Below, piece by piece: positions 7,590 to 15,630 of a DNA stretch of 30,733 nucleotides. The notes under the pieces are model-generated. The model was given only the letters and a program-made list of their open reading frames with translations, was not told the origin of the DNA and did not search any database. The DNA is from a virus. Its lineage: Duplodnaviria > Caudoviricetes. Where the stretch lies: IMG/VR virus record IMGVR_UViG_3300020045_006769, positions 1-30,733 of that record; one strand, 5' to 3'. Position numbers and translations under genes: made by a program. Within the stretch, counting starts at the first letter, position 1. Each line of letters begins with the position of its first letter.

Positions 7590-7880
7590 TTAATTTATTG
7601 CTGTTTTTATCTTTTTCAGGTCGTGAAAATTGATGCGTAGTATTTCGGATAGCTGGAATTTGTAAAGCTTGCCAACTTTAAGGTGCGGTAATATTCCGGC
7701 CGATGCGTAGCGCAATACGGTGTCGCGGTGTACGTCGTGGATGTCGGCAACGGTATCGGCTGAAACTAACCGGCCCGAAAACTGGCCCAAGATGGCGGCA
7801 GTGGCTAACTCGCTTAGTTTTTCGTCGAGTACTTTATTAAAGTCCGATTCTTCGAGGTGCAAAATGGTTTGTGTTTTCAT
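7590..7880 (-). CDS. excisionase-like (MerR/HTH_17) DNA-binding protein
   Basis: VSADTVADIHDVHRDTVLRYASAGILPHLKVGKLYKF; probable start ATG 7880. Confidence 0.78.
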   Translation of the reverse strand: MKTQTILHLEESDFNKVLDEKLSELATAAILGQFSGRLVSADTVADIHDVHRDTVLRYASAGILPHLKVGKLYKFQLSEILRINFHDLKKIKTAIN

Positions 7881-7885
7881 GGCGG

Positions 7886-8110
7886 TTAGGCTACGCGGGT
7901 TACTTCTATGGTTTCGCCGGTGGTGGTGGTGCTCCACCTGTAACCGAATGCGCGGTACTTTTTTTGAAGGCGCTGAATGGTGTTATTTACCGAGTCGAGC
8001 TGAATGTGTGGAAAGTCGGTTTTTTCGGCGGTGGGCAACATGAGCAAAGTTTTTGACACTTCTTTGCGACAAATTGCAACATTTTCGACATTAGTTTCGT
8101 ATTCTTGCAT
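7886..8110 (-). CDS. Cro-position small regulator
   Basis: First gene of the leftward operon, divergent from the HTH repressor. Confidence 0.6.
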   Translation of the reverse strand: MQEYETNVENVAICRKEVSKTLLMLPTAEKTDFPHIQLDSVNNTIQRLQKKYRAFGYRWSTTTTGETIEVTRVA

Positions 8111-8141
8111 TGTGTGTGTATTAATGTATTGTTTGATGTTT

Positions 8142-8172
8142 CAAATGTAAAGTGTTTTGCGACTAATGCAAA
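8142..8172 (-). promoter_or_regulatory. Bacteroidota-type sigma promoter for the early operon
   Basis: Minus strand reads TTTG (8172-8169) - N19 - TACATTTG (8149-8142), matching the -33/-7 consensus. Confidence 0.75.
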
Positions 8173-8188
8173 ACATTTTACGACTAAT
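8147..8188. promoter_or_regulatory. operator-like repeats overlapping the promoter
   Basis: Inverted repeat GTAAAGTGTTTTGC / GCAAAACATTTTAC (13 of 14) plus direct repeats TTTTGCGACTAAT and TTTTACGACTAAT. Confidence 0.6.
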
Positions 8189-8582
8189 TTTCTATGCCGT
8201 GCAACATAGTTTAAATGATCATGTAATTTTTAAGATTAAAAACATTCTTGCATCTAAGAATGTGAATCAAAATGATTTAGCTGCTAATCTTGATATGTCA
8301 AGACAGACAGTATCAAATTATTTGACTAAACGAACTGAATTTTCGTTAAATATGACAGAGCGATTTGCGCAAGCATTATCGGTTCCAGTCGCCTATTTGT
8401 TGTCAGATTATGAAGAAGATATTAGTGGAAAACCATTTTTTGTAAATGAGCCGGTACCCGAATACAAAAAAGATCCTGAATTTCAAATTAAGTATATTGA
8501 ACTTCAGGAACGGTTATTGAAAAGCCAGGAGGAGCGGCTTAAAATTTTGGAGGAAGAACGACAAAAATATTACGGGAAATAA
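8157..8582 (+). CDS. CI-like XRE helix-turn-helix repressor (start codon uncertain)
   Basis: IKNILASKNVNQNDLAANLDMSRQTVSNYL...FAQALSVPVAYLL and a C-terminal VNEP..EY coiled coil. Confidence 0.85.
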   Translation: MRLMQNILRLIFYAVQHSLNDHVIFKIKNILASKNVNQNDLAANLDMSRQTVSNYLTKRTEFSLNMTERFAQALSVPVAYLLSDYEEDISGKPFFVNEPVPEYKKDPEFQIKYIELQERLLKSQEERLKILEEERQKYYGK

Positions 8583-8616
8583 AAAACCCCTTTAATTGAG
8601 TCTTAAAGGGGTTTTT
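8581..8616. terminator. bidirectional rho-independent terminator
   Basis: AAAAAACCCCTTTAA-TTGAGTC-TTAAAGGGGTTTTT between convergent genes. Confidence 0.85.
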
Positions 8617-8618
8617 AT

Positions 8619-8807
8619 TCAGGAACGATGATGGTGGTAACGTATATGGCGGTGTATGTGGCGGTTTTCGGAGGTTAGTATTTTAATACATTTTTCGATG
8701 CGCCGCATGTTTTTAATTTCTTCGGCTGTTAACTGTTTTTGGACGGGTGTGTAAAAACTTGCGATTGCCATTAAATCAGCAATCAAAATGATAATAAGTC
8801 GCTGCAT
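8619..8807 (-). CDS. small protein with hydrophobic N-terminus and basic, His-rich tail
   Basis: 62 aa; lies downstream of a structured leader and ends at the terminator. Confidence 0.5.
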   Translation of the reverse strand: MQRLIIILIADLMAIASFYTPVQKQLTAEEIKNMRRIEKCIKILTSENRHIHRHIRYHHHRS

Positions 8808-8827
8808 GGTGTTAGTTTAATTGGTTG

Positions 8828-8965
8828 AAAAAAAAAGTCAGGAGCTGACTGTCGCCCAATAAGCTTACGCCTACCCAGCCGCCACCCCTTACGGAAGTAG
8901 CACTCCTGACCCATGTTTTCGATGGGTGAGTGCTGGGTGTGCATAAACAATAAAGGGCAACAGTC
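8828..8965 (-). ncRNA. candidate structured leader or small RNA
   Basis: Several nested and mutually exclusive inverted repeats, a terminal T9 tract, and an upstream TATATTTG -7 box at 8978-8971. Confidence 0.5.
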
Positions 8966-9030
8966 GCAGACAAATATAAGGCAATGCAACTGATTTATAT
9001 CAACTAAAAAACCAAAAATTATAAAATATT

Positions 9031-9591
9031 ATGAAACGCTTTTTTCTACCCTTGATTGCTATAATTGTGTTTAATTTTTCGGGAAGTGCACAATCAATTT
9101 ACCGTGGCCTTGTTTATGGCATGAATGTAAAAGATGCAAAAACTGAATTTAAAACGAATAAAGATCAATACGATAATGTTGATTTTGGCAATGGGTTTGC
9201 ATGGCGGGTTTATACACAAAATTTGATTTATCAGAACGACAGTTTAGTTGCTATTTTAATGACTCCAAAAGGCGCAGCGCTTGGGTTAAGTCACGATGCG
9301 GCTACATCTTATCTTGAATTTTCAAGGGCTTTTTTCGAAAATAAAGGGTATAAACTATTTTTCGAACCTGAATACTGGCAATATCCTTTAAACTTTCATG
9401 CAAAATATGGTTTGTTGCTATCTAATTCGGATAAAACAATCATGGTTCAATTATATCCTTTATCGTATAAAAGTGGATATACAACCATGTTTACATCATG
9501 CCTTAAAATCATGAATTATAAATGGTTCATGAGTACTTATGAAGCTGGACATAAATTACTAGAAAAGAAAAGCGATGAATCAGGATTTTAA
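9031..9591 (+). CDS. exported protein (moron next to the integrase)
   Basis: Signal peptide MKRFFLPLIAIIVFNFSGSA-Q; AT-rich; convergent with the integrase. Confidence 0.75.
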   Translation: MKRFFLPLIAIIVFNFSGSAQSIYRGLVYGMNVKDAKTEFKTNKDQYDNVDFGNGFAWRVYTQNLIYQNDSLVAILMTPKGAALGLSHDAATSYLEFSRAFFENKGYKLFFEPEYWQYPLNFHAKYGLLLSNSDKTIMVQLYPLSYKSGYTTMFTSCLKIMNYKWFMSTYEAGHKLLEKKSDESGF

Positions 9592-9602
9592 AAGCTGAAA
9601 TT

Positions 9603-10892
9603 TCATTTAAAAAACGGATGTTGTGCCAGTAAACGGGCGTTTTCTTCCTGGCTTATGCGAATGTAACGCATAAACGAACGTTCGGTGCGGTGCCCGGTGA
9701 TCTTCATTATCGAAATACTCGGAATTCCCGAAATAAACATGTTGGTGGCTCCCGAGCGGCGGGCGGTGTGCGAACTTACCAGCTTCCATTTTTCGGCGGT
9801 GCGGCTTACCTGTCGGCCTCCCTCGGTGCGTACTGTTGTAACCGGCTCTTTTATTTCGGCCATCTGGCATAACAGGCGTAACCCGGTATTAATGGCGTGG
9901 TTTCCTAATTTAATCGATGGGTTGAAATTTCCGGCGAAAATGGTTTTTAATACATGGTGTATAGGTATCACCACATCGTCGTTTTTGCGGGTTCCTTTTA
10001 CCGGTTTAATGCGGATGTATTGGGCGCTGATGTTGGTCCAGTCGATGCGCGAAAAATCGGAGATACGCAGCGCGGTGTAACAACCTATCATCATCAGGTT
10101 TCGAATGTGTGCGAGTTGCCTGGTTATATGCGTGAGCTGTATGTCGGAAAGGTTTTTGGTGGCGGCTTTTACGGTTTCCTCATCGATGGTGAGCTGATTA
10201 ATACGATCAAGTTCGGAGGTGTTGAGATAAACGGTGTCGGCTTCTTCGGTTTCTTTGATGAAACGACGGCTTTTGTAATCGGTATTGTTGTGGAGGCGGT
10301 CGCCCTCTGGTCCCGACTCGCGCATAACTGTTTTGATGTGCTTAATGATCGACCCAAAATAATTGAGCGAATAATATTCGTCGTTTTTCTTTTTTCGGGT
10401 TAAAATATAATTGCGGAAAGCGTTGTAAAAATCGATGGTGATATCGTTGAACGTGAGTTTGTGGCGGGTGTGGGCCTCGTATGCGGCTATAAACGTGGCG
10501 GTGTCGGTGTAATTTTTCAGGGTTTTGGCCTTTATGTTGGCGGCGGCAGCATAGTGTTTGAAATAGTCTAAAAACAGGCCGCTGGTTTTTTGGGTTTCGA
10601 GAGTTCCGGCGGTGGCGGCTTTTAATTGCTCAATGGTCGGAATTTCTGAAATGCGGATGGCATCGGTAAATACCTTTTTTACTTTGATCTCGAATTCTTC
10701 GAGCTTGAGGTTAATTACTTCATGGTCGGGGTACTCTTTGGTAATTTTGGCCCGGTGTGTCGATTTTTCCCAAAATTTTGAACTAACCGACTGGCCAGTG
10801 ATTAATTTAAAACGTTTACCTTTGTACCTCACAACTGCCTCAACCGATGTGGTGGGCTTCAATTCGTTCTTTAAATAAAAATTTACATTCAT
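9603..10892 (-). CDS. int: tyrosine integrase with N-terminal arm-binding and SAM-like domains
   Basis: Catalytic motifs TALRISD, HTARRS, ITGH and Y (FMRYI); probable start MNVNFYLK at 10892. Confidence 0.93.
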   Translation of the reverse strand: MNVNFYLKNELKPTTSVEAVVRYKGKRFKLITGQSVSSKFWEKSTHRAKITKEYPDHEVINLKLEEFEIKVKKVFTDAIRISEIPTIEQLKAATAGTLETQKTSGLFLDYFKHYAAAANIKAKTLKNYTDTATFIAAYEAHTRHKLTFNDITIDFYNAFRNYILTRKKKNDEYYSLNYFGSIIKHIKTVMRESGPEGDRLHNNTDYKSRRFIKETEEADTVYLNTSELDRINQLTIDEETVKAATKNLSDIQLTHITRQLAHIRNLMMIGCYTALRISDFSRIDWTNISAQYIRIKPVKGTRKNDDVVIPIHHVLKTIFAGNFNPSIKLGNHAINTGLRLLCQMAEIKEPVTTVRTEGGRQVSRTAEKWKLVSSHTARRSGATNMFISGIPSISIMKITGHRTERSFMRYIRISQEENARLLAQHPFFK

Positions 10893-10904
10893 ATTGCTTG
10901 TTTT

Positions 10905-11101
10905 ATGGGGAACAATATAGGGAACGTAAATTGCATTACAAAGGTTATATTTATACTTTGTTATTTTTATAAACCTTGCTACAAGCGGCGTTTTAAATGG
11001 TAAAGCCAAAAAGTGTAATATTTAAAGAGCATCCTGGAAGGGGGCTTTTTTTTTCAATGTTTTAAACGATTACATATAATTTAGGTAACGCGATGGGGAA
11101 C
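10905..11101. other. putative intact attP with two pairs of arm-type repeats
   Basis: ATGGGGAAC 10905, ATAGGGAAC 10917, TTAGGTAAC 11081, ATGGGGAAC 11093; each pair has 12-bp spacing and they flank an AT-rich segment next to int. Confidence 0.65.
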
Positions 11102-11118
11102 GGTAAACCTCAACAAAC

Positions 11119-11147
11119 AAAAAAGCCCCTCGCGGGTGCGAAGGGCC
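11119..11147 (-). terminator. terminator of the late/lysis operon
   Basis: Minus strand GCCCTTCGC-ACCC-GCGAGGGGC-TTTTTT. Confidence 0.8.
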
Positions 11148-11175
11148 AAAACCTAACTAAACTAACTACAATAAA

Positions 11176-11439
11176 CTATTTTTTATCCCGATCGATGTGC
11201 GAATCTAATTTATTTTCGATGCGGTTTAACGAATTCATGAACTGTGTAAATTCATTGCGATCTACTTTTGTTTCTTGAAGTGTTTTAATTTCCTGTTCGT
11301 GTTTTTCGTTTCTTGTTTCTATTTTACCTTTTGTGTAATTCCACGCGCCGTATGCAACAGTTAGAGAAACCAGACCAGGTAAAAGTAAAGTTAAAATCCA
11401 TGTTGGAATCTTGATGTATTTATCGCGTTCTAATGTCAT
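11176..11439 (-). CDS. single-TM plus coiled-coil lysis-region protein
   Basis: Hydrophobic N-terminal helix followed by ...LNRIENKLDSHI. Confidence 0.65.
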   Translation of the reverse strand: MTLERDKYIKIPTWILTLLLPGLVSLTVAYGAWNYTKGKIETRNEKHEQEIKTLQETKVDRNEFTQFMNSLNRIENKLDSHIDRDKK

Positions 11440-11458
11440 AGCGTTTTCAAATAATATG

Positions 11459-11941
11459 TTATCCTCTTATTTGATTTAATGTTTTTGATTTTTCGGCGCT
11501 CCCTGCTGACGATCCAAAATAATAGCTGTAAATCTGTGTGAGTACGGCGCTTAATACACCTAATATGTAAATGATCACATCTTTGCTTTCGGCCTTAATT
11601 ACCGATGGCGTGAAAATAAGGACAAACATTAACGCTAAAATTACAAAGATGGTTCCCAGCGCTAAGAATGGCATCAGGTTTTTGTTTAGCCTGGTGTTGT
11701 TCTCGCTGTTCATCATTTGTACTTCGCGGGCACGGGCGTTGCTCATATCGCCTAAAACCAGGGCTTTTTCTTCGTTGTTCAGTTTTTGCATATCTAACTG
11801 AAACTGCATATCGGCTTTCAAAATTTCGTTATCAAACTGTAATTTTTCCTCTTTGGTGGTAATTACATTGTCGAGCACTTTACCAACTGAATCGACCAGC
11901 GTGGATGCTCCTTTTGAAAATATTTGTGTGAGTATACTCAT
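11459..11941 (-). CDS. holin-like membrane protein
   Basis: SNARARE motif, two TM helices and YYFGSS; directly downstream of the endolysin; probable start MSILTQIF. Confidence 0.78.
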   Translation of the reverse strand: MSILTQIFSKGASTLVDSVGKVLDNVITTKEEKLQFDNEILKADMQFQLDMQKLNNEEKALVLGDMSNARAREVQMMNSENNTRLNKNLMPFLALGTIFVILALMFVLIFTPSVIKAESKDVIIYILGVLSAVLTQIYSYYFGSSAGSAEKSKTLNQIRG

Positions 11942-11943
11942 GG

Positions 11944-12480
11944 CTATGCTTCCTCCCCTAAGGCTCTGATTACCCATCCATAAAAATACTTGCGACTGGT
12001 GGGCCGTTTTTTAACAATGTTAACATACCTGGCAATTTTAGCAACGGTAAAGGCGGCCAAAAAATGTTCGGTGTTAAATGCGTTGATGGCGGCGATAGTG
12101 TTTTTTCCGATAATGCCATCGGTGGCAACCTCAACAACCAATTGCGCTAATGTTGCGCTGGTGCTGATTCCGGCATTTACTCCGAAATCAAAAATTGAAT
12201 TGGCTACCTCCTGACTGGTGATTGCATCCAGGTGTAAGCGGTCCCAAAATTCAATTAAATAAAAATCTTCAACTTCTTTCTGAAGTATGGTATCTTTTTC
12301 GGTAGTTTGAGGAAATCCGATCTGATGTTTTAACATGTCGATTGTTTGCCATCCGGACCACTTGCTCCATATTTTGCGGGCAATGCCTTTGTATGTTTCT
12401 CCGCCCGGATCTTGCGGGTCGTTCACGTAACCGCCCTCGGTGGTTATCATGTTTTGAAATGCGGGTTTAAATTCGGCCAT
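11944..12480 (-). CDS. endolysin, glycosyl hydrolase family 108 with peptidoglycan-binding C-terminus
   Basis: EGGYVNDPQDPGGETYKGI, FDFGVNAG, DGIIG.NT and YGWV.R motifs. Confidence 0.92.
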   Translation of the reverse strand: MAEFKPAFQNMITTEGGYVNDPQDPGGETYKGIARKIWSKWSGWQTIDMLKHQIGFPQTTEKDTILQKEVEDFYLIEFWDRLHLDAITSQEVANSIFDFGVNAGISTSATLAQLVVEVATDGIIGKNTIAAINAFNTEHFLAAFTVAKIARYVNIVKKRPTSRKYFYGWVIRALGEEA

Positions 12481-12643
12481 GACTTAAGTTGTAAGGTTCT
12501 TTTAACTTTTCGGGTTTAATGCCTGTTAATTTTTCGATGCTTCCGGCAGGCAATTCAATAAAACTGAAATACTGCCCGTCGGTTCGTGTTTCGTCTCGGT
12601 CGTATATTATTTCTTTTCCTTTATCGAGTGCGAGCCAGGGCAT
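12467..12643 (-). CDS. 58-aa hypothetical protein (not in the ORF track)
   Basis: MPWLALDKGKEIIY...IELPAGSIEKLTGIK, translated by hand; fills the gap and overlaps the endolysin start. Confidence 0.5.
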   Translation of the reverse strand: MPWLALDKGKEIIYDRDETRTDGQYFSFIELPAGSIEKLTGIKPEKLKEPYNLSHGRI

Positions 12644-12647
12644 CGGG

Positions 12648-12902
12648 TTATTGCTTTTTCCAGACGGTTATAAATCGGTGTATCAGTACTTCGTTTTGCT
12701 GAACGGTAAACTTTCGTGTGGATACTGAATACCAGTATGGAGGCTTTCTATTCCATTTAAAAGTGCCATCGTTTTGTACATATTTACCATTTACTTTCAA
12801 TACTGTTATTTTGCCAAACTGCTCGGTTCGAACCGGAATTAGTTTAGTTTGAGCTGATGTCGAAAGGCATAATAAAATTAGTATGAATGCCAGGTATTTC
12901 AT
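12648..12902 (-). CDS. small exported protein
   Basis: Signal peptide MKYLAFILILLCLSTSA-Q. Confidence 0.6.
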   Translation of the reverse strand: MKYLAFILILLCLSTSAQTKLIPVRTEQFGKITVLKVNGKYVQNDGTFKWNRKPPYWYSVSTRKFTVQQNEVLIHRFITVWKKQ

Positions 12903-12913
12903 CCTTATGAGGG

Positions 12914-13087
12914 CTAAATGGTTCTATCTTTTACCGTGGCAAACATCGATTTTTTAACGGCTCTTATGCCTTTTTTGCAGGCTTGCTTTGTTTTGTACTG
13001 TTCTGAAGTAGCGATTATTTCACCATTGCGGGCTTTCAATACAAAATAAAAGTTTTTTGATACTGAAATTTTTATCTCGAATTCCAT
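12914..13087 (-). CDS. YegP / DUF1508 family protein (not in the ORF track)
   Basis: MEFEIKISVSKNFYFVLKARNGEIIATSEQYKTKQACKKGIRAVK matches the family motif F.LKA.NG..I..SE.Y...C..GI..VK. Confidence 0.85.
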   Translation of the reverse strand: MEFEIKISVSKNFYFVLKARNGEIIATSEQYKTKQACKKGIRAVKKSMFATVKDRTI

Positions 13088-13132
13088 GGTTATTAAGTTT
13101 TATAATTTGTTTCAAATTGTCCTAAAGGAGAA

Positions 13133-14236
13133 CTATTCTGCTGTTCCTATTTTATCAACAACGGGGTCGCTTACATCTGCATCAAATACGCCTGAAATTA
13201 GGCCATTATTGTTGCAGTTTGCAATACGAATGATCATCCCATTTAGTCCACTACATGATGTTATATCGCTATTATTTCTACAATTAATAATAGATTCAAC
13301 GATGTTATTTGAAATTGAACCGTTGTTGGTGCAGTCAGAAATGCTAGTTGTTATGTTTCCAGATATTACAGATGGTATTCTATTTCTCAGGATTACGCTG
13401 CCTTTATTATAAGAAATTTCTTCGCATGAATTTTTTGAAATCAGTGTAGCACCGACATTATTTGAAATTAAATAGCAATCATTGTTTGTCATTTCAATGA
13501 AATTCGCAAGGTTCCAATCGTAAATATCCACAGGGTTGTATGTCAAGCTATGGTTTATCGAATACATATAAGAAACTCCACCTTTATTTGAAAACAAATC
13601 ACACTGATATGTAATCCAATCGTTTAAAAAATCATATGTAATATTGAATATTAATTCAATATATTCATTATTTGAAAATGAAGATTTTGGTATTTTTTGC
13701 CAATTCACGCCAACATCTATACCATCATTTATTCCTGTTACGTTTTTATATACCTCTGCATTATAAATGGCTAATATACCTATTGATACAGGAGTGGTTG
13801 TAAAATCAAGTGTTGCGGTTGCTCCCGAAACAAAACCAGTAATTACCTCTCCATCATAAAATGATCCATCTATTGTTTTGAATGTTAACGATGATCCATC
13901 GTCAGAAGAAATAAAGCCAATTGCACCATTTGATCCTATAACCTTTTCTCCTGCCTGAAATGCCAGAGTAAGATTGATGTAAAAATAATTTCCAAATGAA
14001 TAATCATAATTTCCTATCCATTCATTTCCGTGCGAGTCAGTTCTTTTATTGTAATAAGCTGGGCAAAGCATATAACGCAAGCCATCATTTTCAAGTCGAT
14101 TTGGTGCTGCGGCACGAAATAATAGACCACGATCTCCACGATCAGTAATTAAGTAAGAAAGAGCTAAATCCAGTTGACTTGCTGCAATTAAAGCAGTCAT
14201 TTCACTATACGTTTTGTTTGTTACAATAATTGGCAT
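13133..14236 (-). CDS. putative tail fibre or spike protein
   Basis: N-terminal TYSEMTALIAASQL...YLITD; C-terminal Asn/Ile/Cys repeats suggest a beta-helix; AT-rich. Confidence 0.6.
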   Translation of the reverse strand: MPIIVTNKTYSEMTALIAASQLDLALSYLITDRGDRGLLFRAAAPNRLENDGLRYMLCPAYYNKRTDSHGNEWIGNYDYSFGNYFYINLTLAFQAGEKVIGSNGAIGFISSDDGSSLTFKTIDGSFYDGEVITGFVSGATATLDFTTTPVSIGILAIYNAEVYKNVTGINDGIDVGVNWQKIPKSSFSNNEYIELIFNITYDFLNDWITYQCDLFSNKGGVSYMYSINHSLTYNPVDIYDWNLANFIEMTNNDCYLISNNVGATLISKNSCEEISYNKGSVILRNRIPSVISGNITTSISDCTNNGSISNNIVESIINCRNNSDITSCSGLNGMIIRIANCNNNGLISGVFDADVSDPVVDKIGTAE

Positions 14237-14248
14237 GATATTTAATTT

Positions 14249-14482
14249 TTAAATTGTTATAAATTTGTTATCTGTTGATTTTATTGGTTCTCCAAAAGAT
14301 GTAAGTAGTGTTGGACTATTTACGGCAAATACATATAAACTATCTCCTACCGCATAAATAACTTCACCATTTACCGTTAAAATAGTTCCATCTGGTATTT
14401 CAGTCGGTGGCAAAGGGTTTAAATATGTCCCTAGTTGAACCATTTTACCGGCTTTAACGGCGGCACTTTTATAGGCTTTCAT
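14249..14482 (-). CDS. hypothetical virion-associated protein
   Basis: 77-aa ORF tiling the tail fibre module. Confidence 0.55.
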   Translation of the reverse strand: MKAYKSAAVKAGKMVQLGTYLNPLPPTEIPDGTILTVNGEVIYAVGDSLYVFAVNSPTLLTSFGEPIKSTDNKFITI

Positions 14483-14795
14483 ATTCGATGTTTATAGTGC
14501 CTGCTCCGGATAGTACCTCAATTTTTACGCGTAGGGCGTAGGCGTTTAAACCTGCTATGTTTAACCCGTCGCTGGTGGCTCCTATGGTTGAAAATTCGAG
14601 AGCATTATCGTTTTCGTCGCGGGCGGTGCGCCAGTCGGTGTTGGCGGTTTTGCGCTGGATGGTGTATTTAATTTGCCCGGCGCCGGTGCCTGTTACTTTG
14701 GCGGCAATGTCTACGTTTTGTGCGCTGGCTATTTCGGAGCTGTAAACTACTTCCTGGGTGGTAAAGGCGTGGGCCGATAAAATGTTTGTTGCCAT
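14469..14795 (-). CDS. hypothetical beta-rich virion protein
   Basis: 108 aa with jelly-roll-like alternation of residues. Confidence 0.65.
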   Translation of the reverse strand: MATNILSAHAFTTQEVVYSSEIASAQNVDIAAKVTGTGAGQIKYTIQRKTANTDWRTARDENDNALEFSTIGATSDGLNIAGLNAYALRVKIEVLSGAGTINIEYESL

Positions 14796-14865
14796 GGTGT
14801 GAGGTTTTAGTAATATGTTTTTAAAATAGTTTTTAGATTCATGGACCTGAAGAAAGGGTTAATAG

Positions 14866-15630
14866 TTATACATTACTCCAATCGTTATTATATGCACAAA
14901 GCGCACCTGTTGTTAATGCTACCCATGCGGTATTGTCTGTTACTTCTGGAACGACCGAGCCGTCACGATATTTGCCTTCTGCGAGATTATCCGCCAACCA
15001 TTCAACGCCATTTATACAAATAGTGCGATAAACCTTACCATCGTTGCCTATGTATATCCCAGCTTGTCCGTTTGTTAAAGTTGTAGATTCTTTAACAATT
15101 CGGATTGCATTACCTTCTTTTTTAGGTAATAATTGATTCCATCCGCAAACAACGCTAGTATTACTTTGGTTGTAATAATATGCGTTATCGCCAGAAGCAG
15201 TTCCACTAAAAAACGTAGCACTATTCCCTATTCCACCGAAAACCCCACTGTAATAATTTCTATATCCTGAAGGTCGTGTTGTTAATAAACTTTCATTGGT
15301 TGCTCCCGTGTTTGGCGTTATCCAATTTGTAGTTCCTGTTTCTTTCATTTTTCCTCCGGCAACACCGCTGCCCCCAAGATAATTTATCAAATTATCCCAA
15401 TCTGTTTTGGTTGCTACTCTCCATCCTATCGCAGTTAAATTTGCGTTTATCGCAGCATATCCATTGTAAAGCAATCCATATTTGGGATAAACTTTAGGCA
15501 GTATCAACCAATCATCATTTGGTTGCGTTGGGTCAATATATCCATTGCTAGGGCAGTAGGTATCGGGGTCTGGTAAGCTGCCACCACCTTTTACAATGTA
15601 TTGTTGGTGCATTGGTCGTATCATAGCCAT
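14866..15630 (-). CDS. FISUMP-domain protein (circularly permuted), probable receptor-binding protein
   Basis: YGLLYN, GWRV, YLGGSGVAGGKMKETG..W..PNTGATN, IRIVK, then DGKVYRTICINGVEWLADNL. Confidence 0.82.
   Translation of the reverse strand: MAMIRPMHQQYIVKGGGSLPDPDTYCPSNGYIDPTQPNDDWLILPKVYPKYGLLYNGYAAINANLTAIGWRVATKTDWDNLINYLGGSGVAGGKMKETGTTNWITPNTGATNESLLTTRPSGYRNYYSGVFGGIGNSATFFSGTASGDNAYYYNQSNTSVVCGWNQLLPKKEGNAIRIVKESTTLTNGQAGIYIGNDGKVYRTICINGVEWLADNLAEGKYRDGSVVPEVTDNTAWVALTTGALCAYNNDWSNV

Noticed and set aside
8783-8989. 68-aa ORF across the structured leader
   Set aside because: It has a TTG start upstream of the -7 box, and the region is better explained by RNA structure.
9603-10892. 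Integrase as an integron integrase (IntI)
   Set aside because: At about 429 aa with an N-terminal arm-binding region and adjacent arm-type repeats, it fits a phage integrase. It is about 8 kb from the array, and I could not recognise IntI-specific motifs.
10893-11009. 39-aa N-terminal extension of the integrase given in the ORF track
   Set aside because: It starts at TTG and runs through the putative attP arm repeats; MNVNFYLK at 10892 is the more typical start.
11015-11055. tRNA 3'-end duplication as the att core
   Set aside because: No TTCGA T-loop or acceptor-stem match is visible on either strand.
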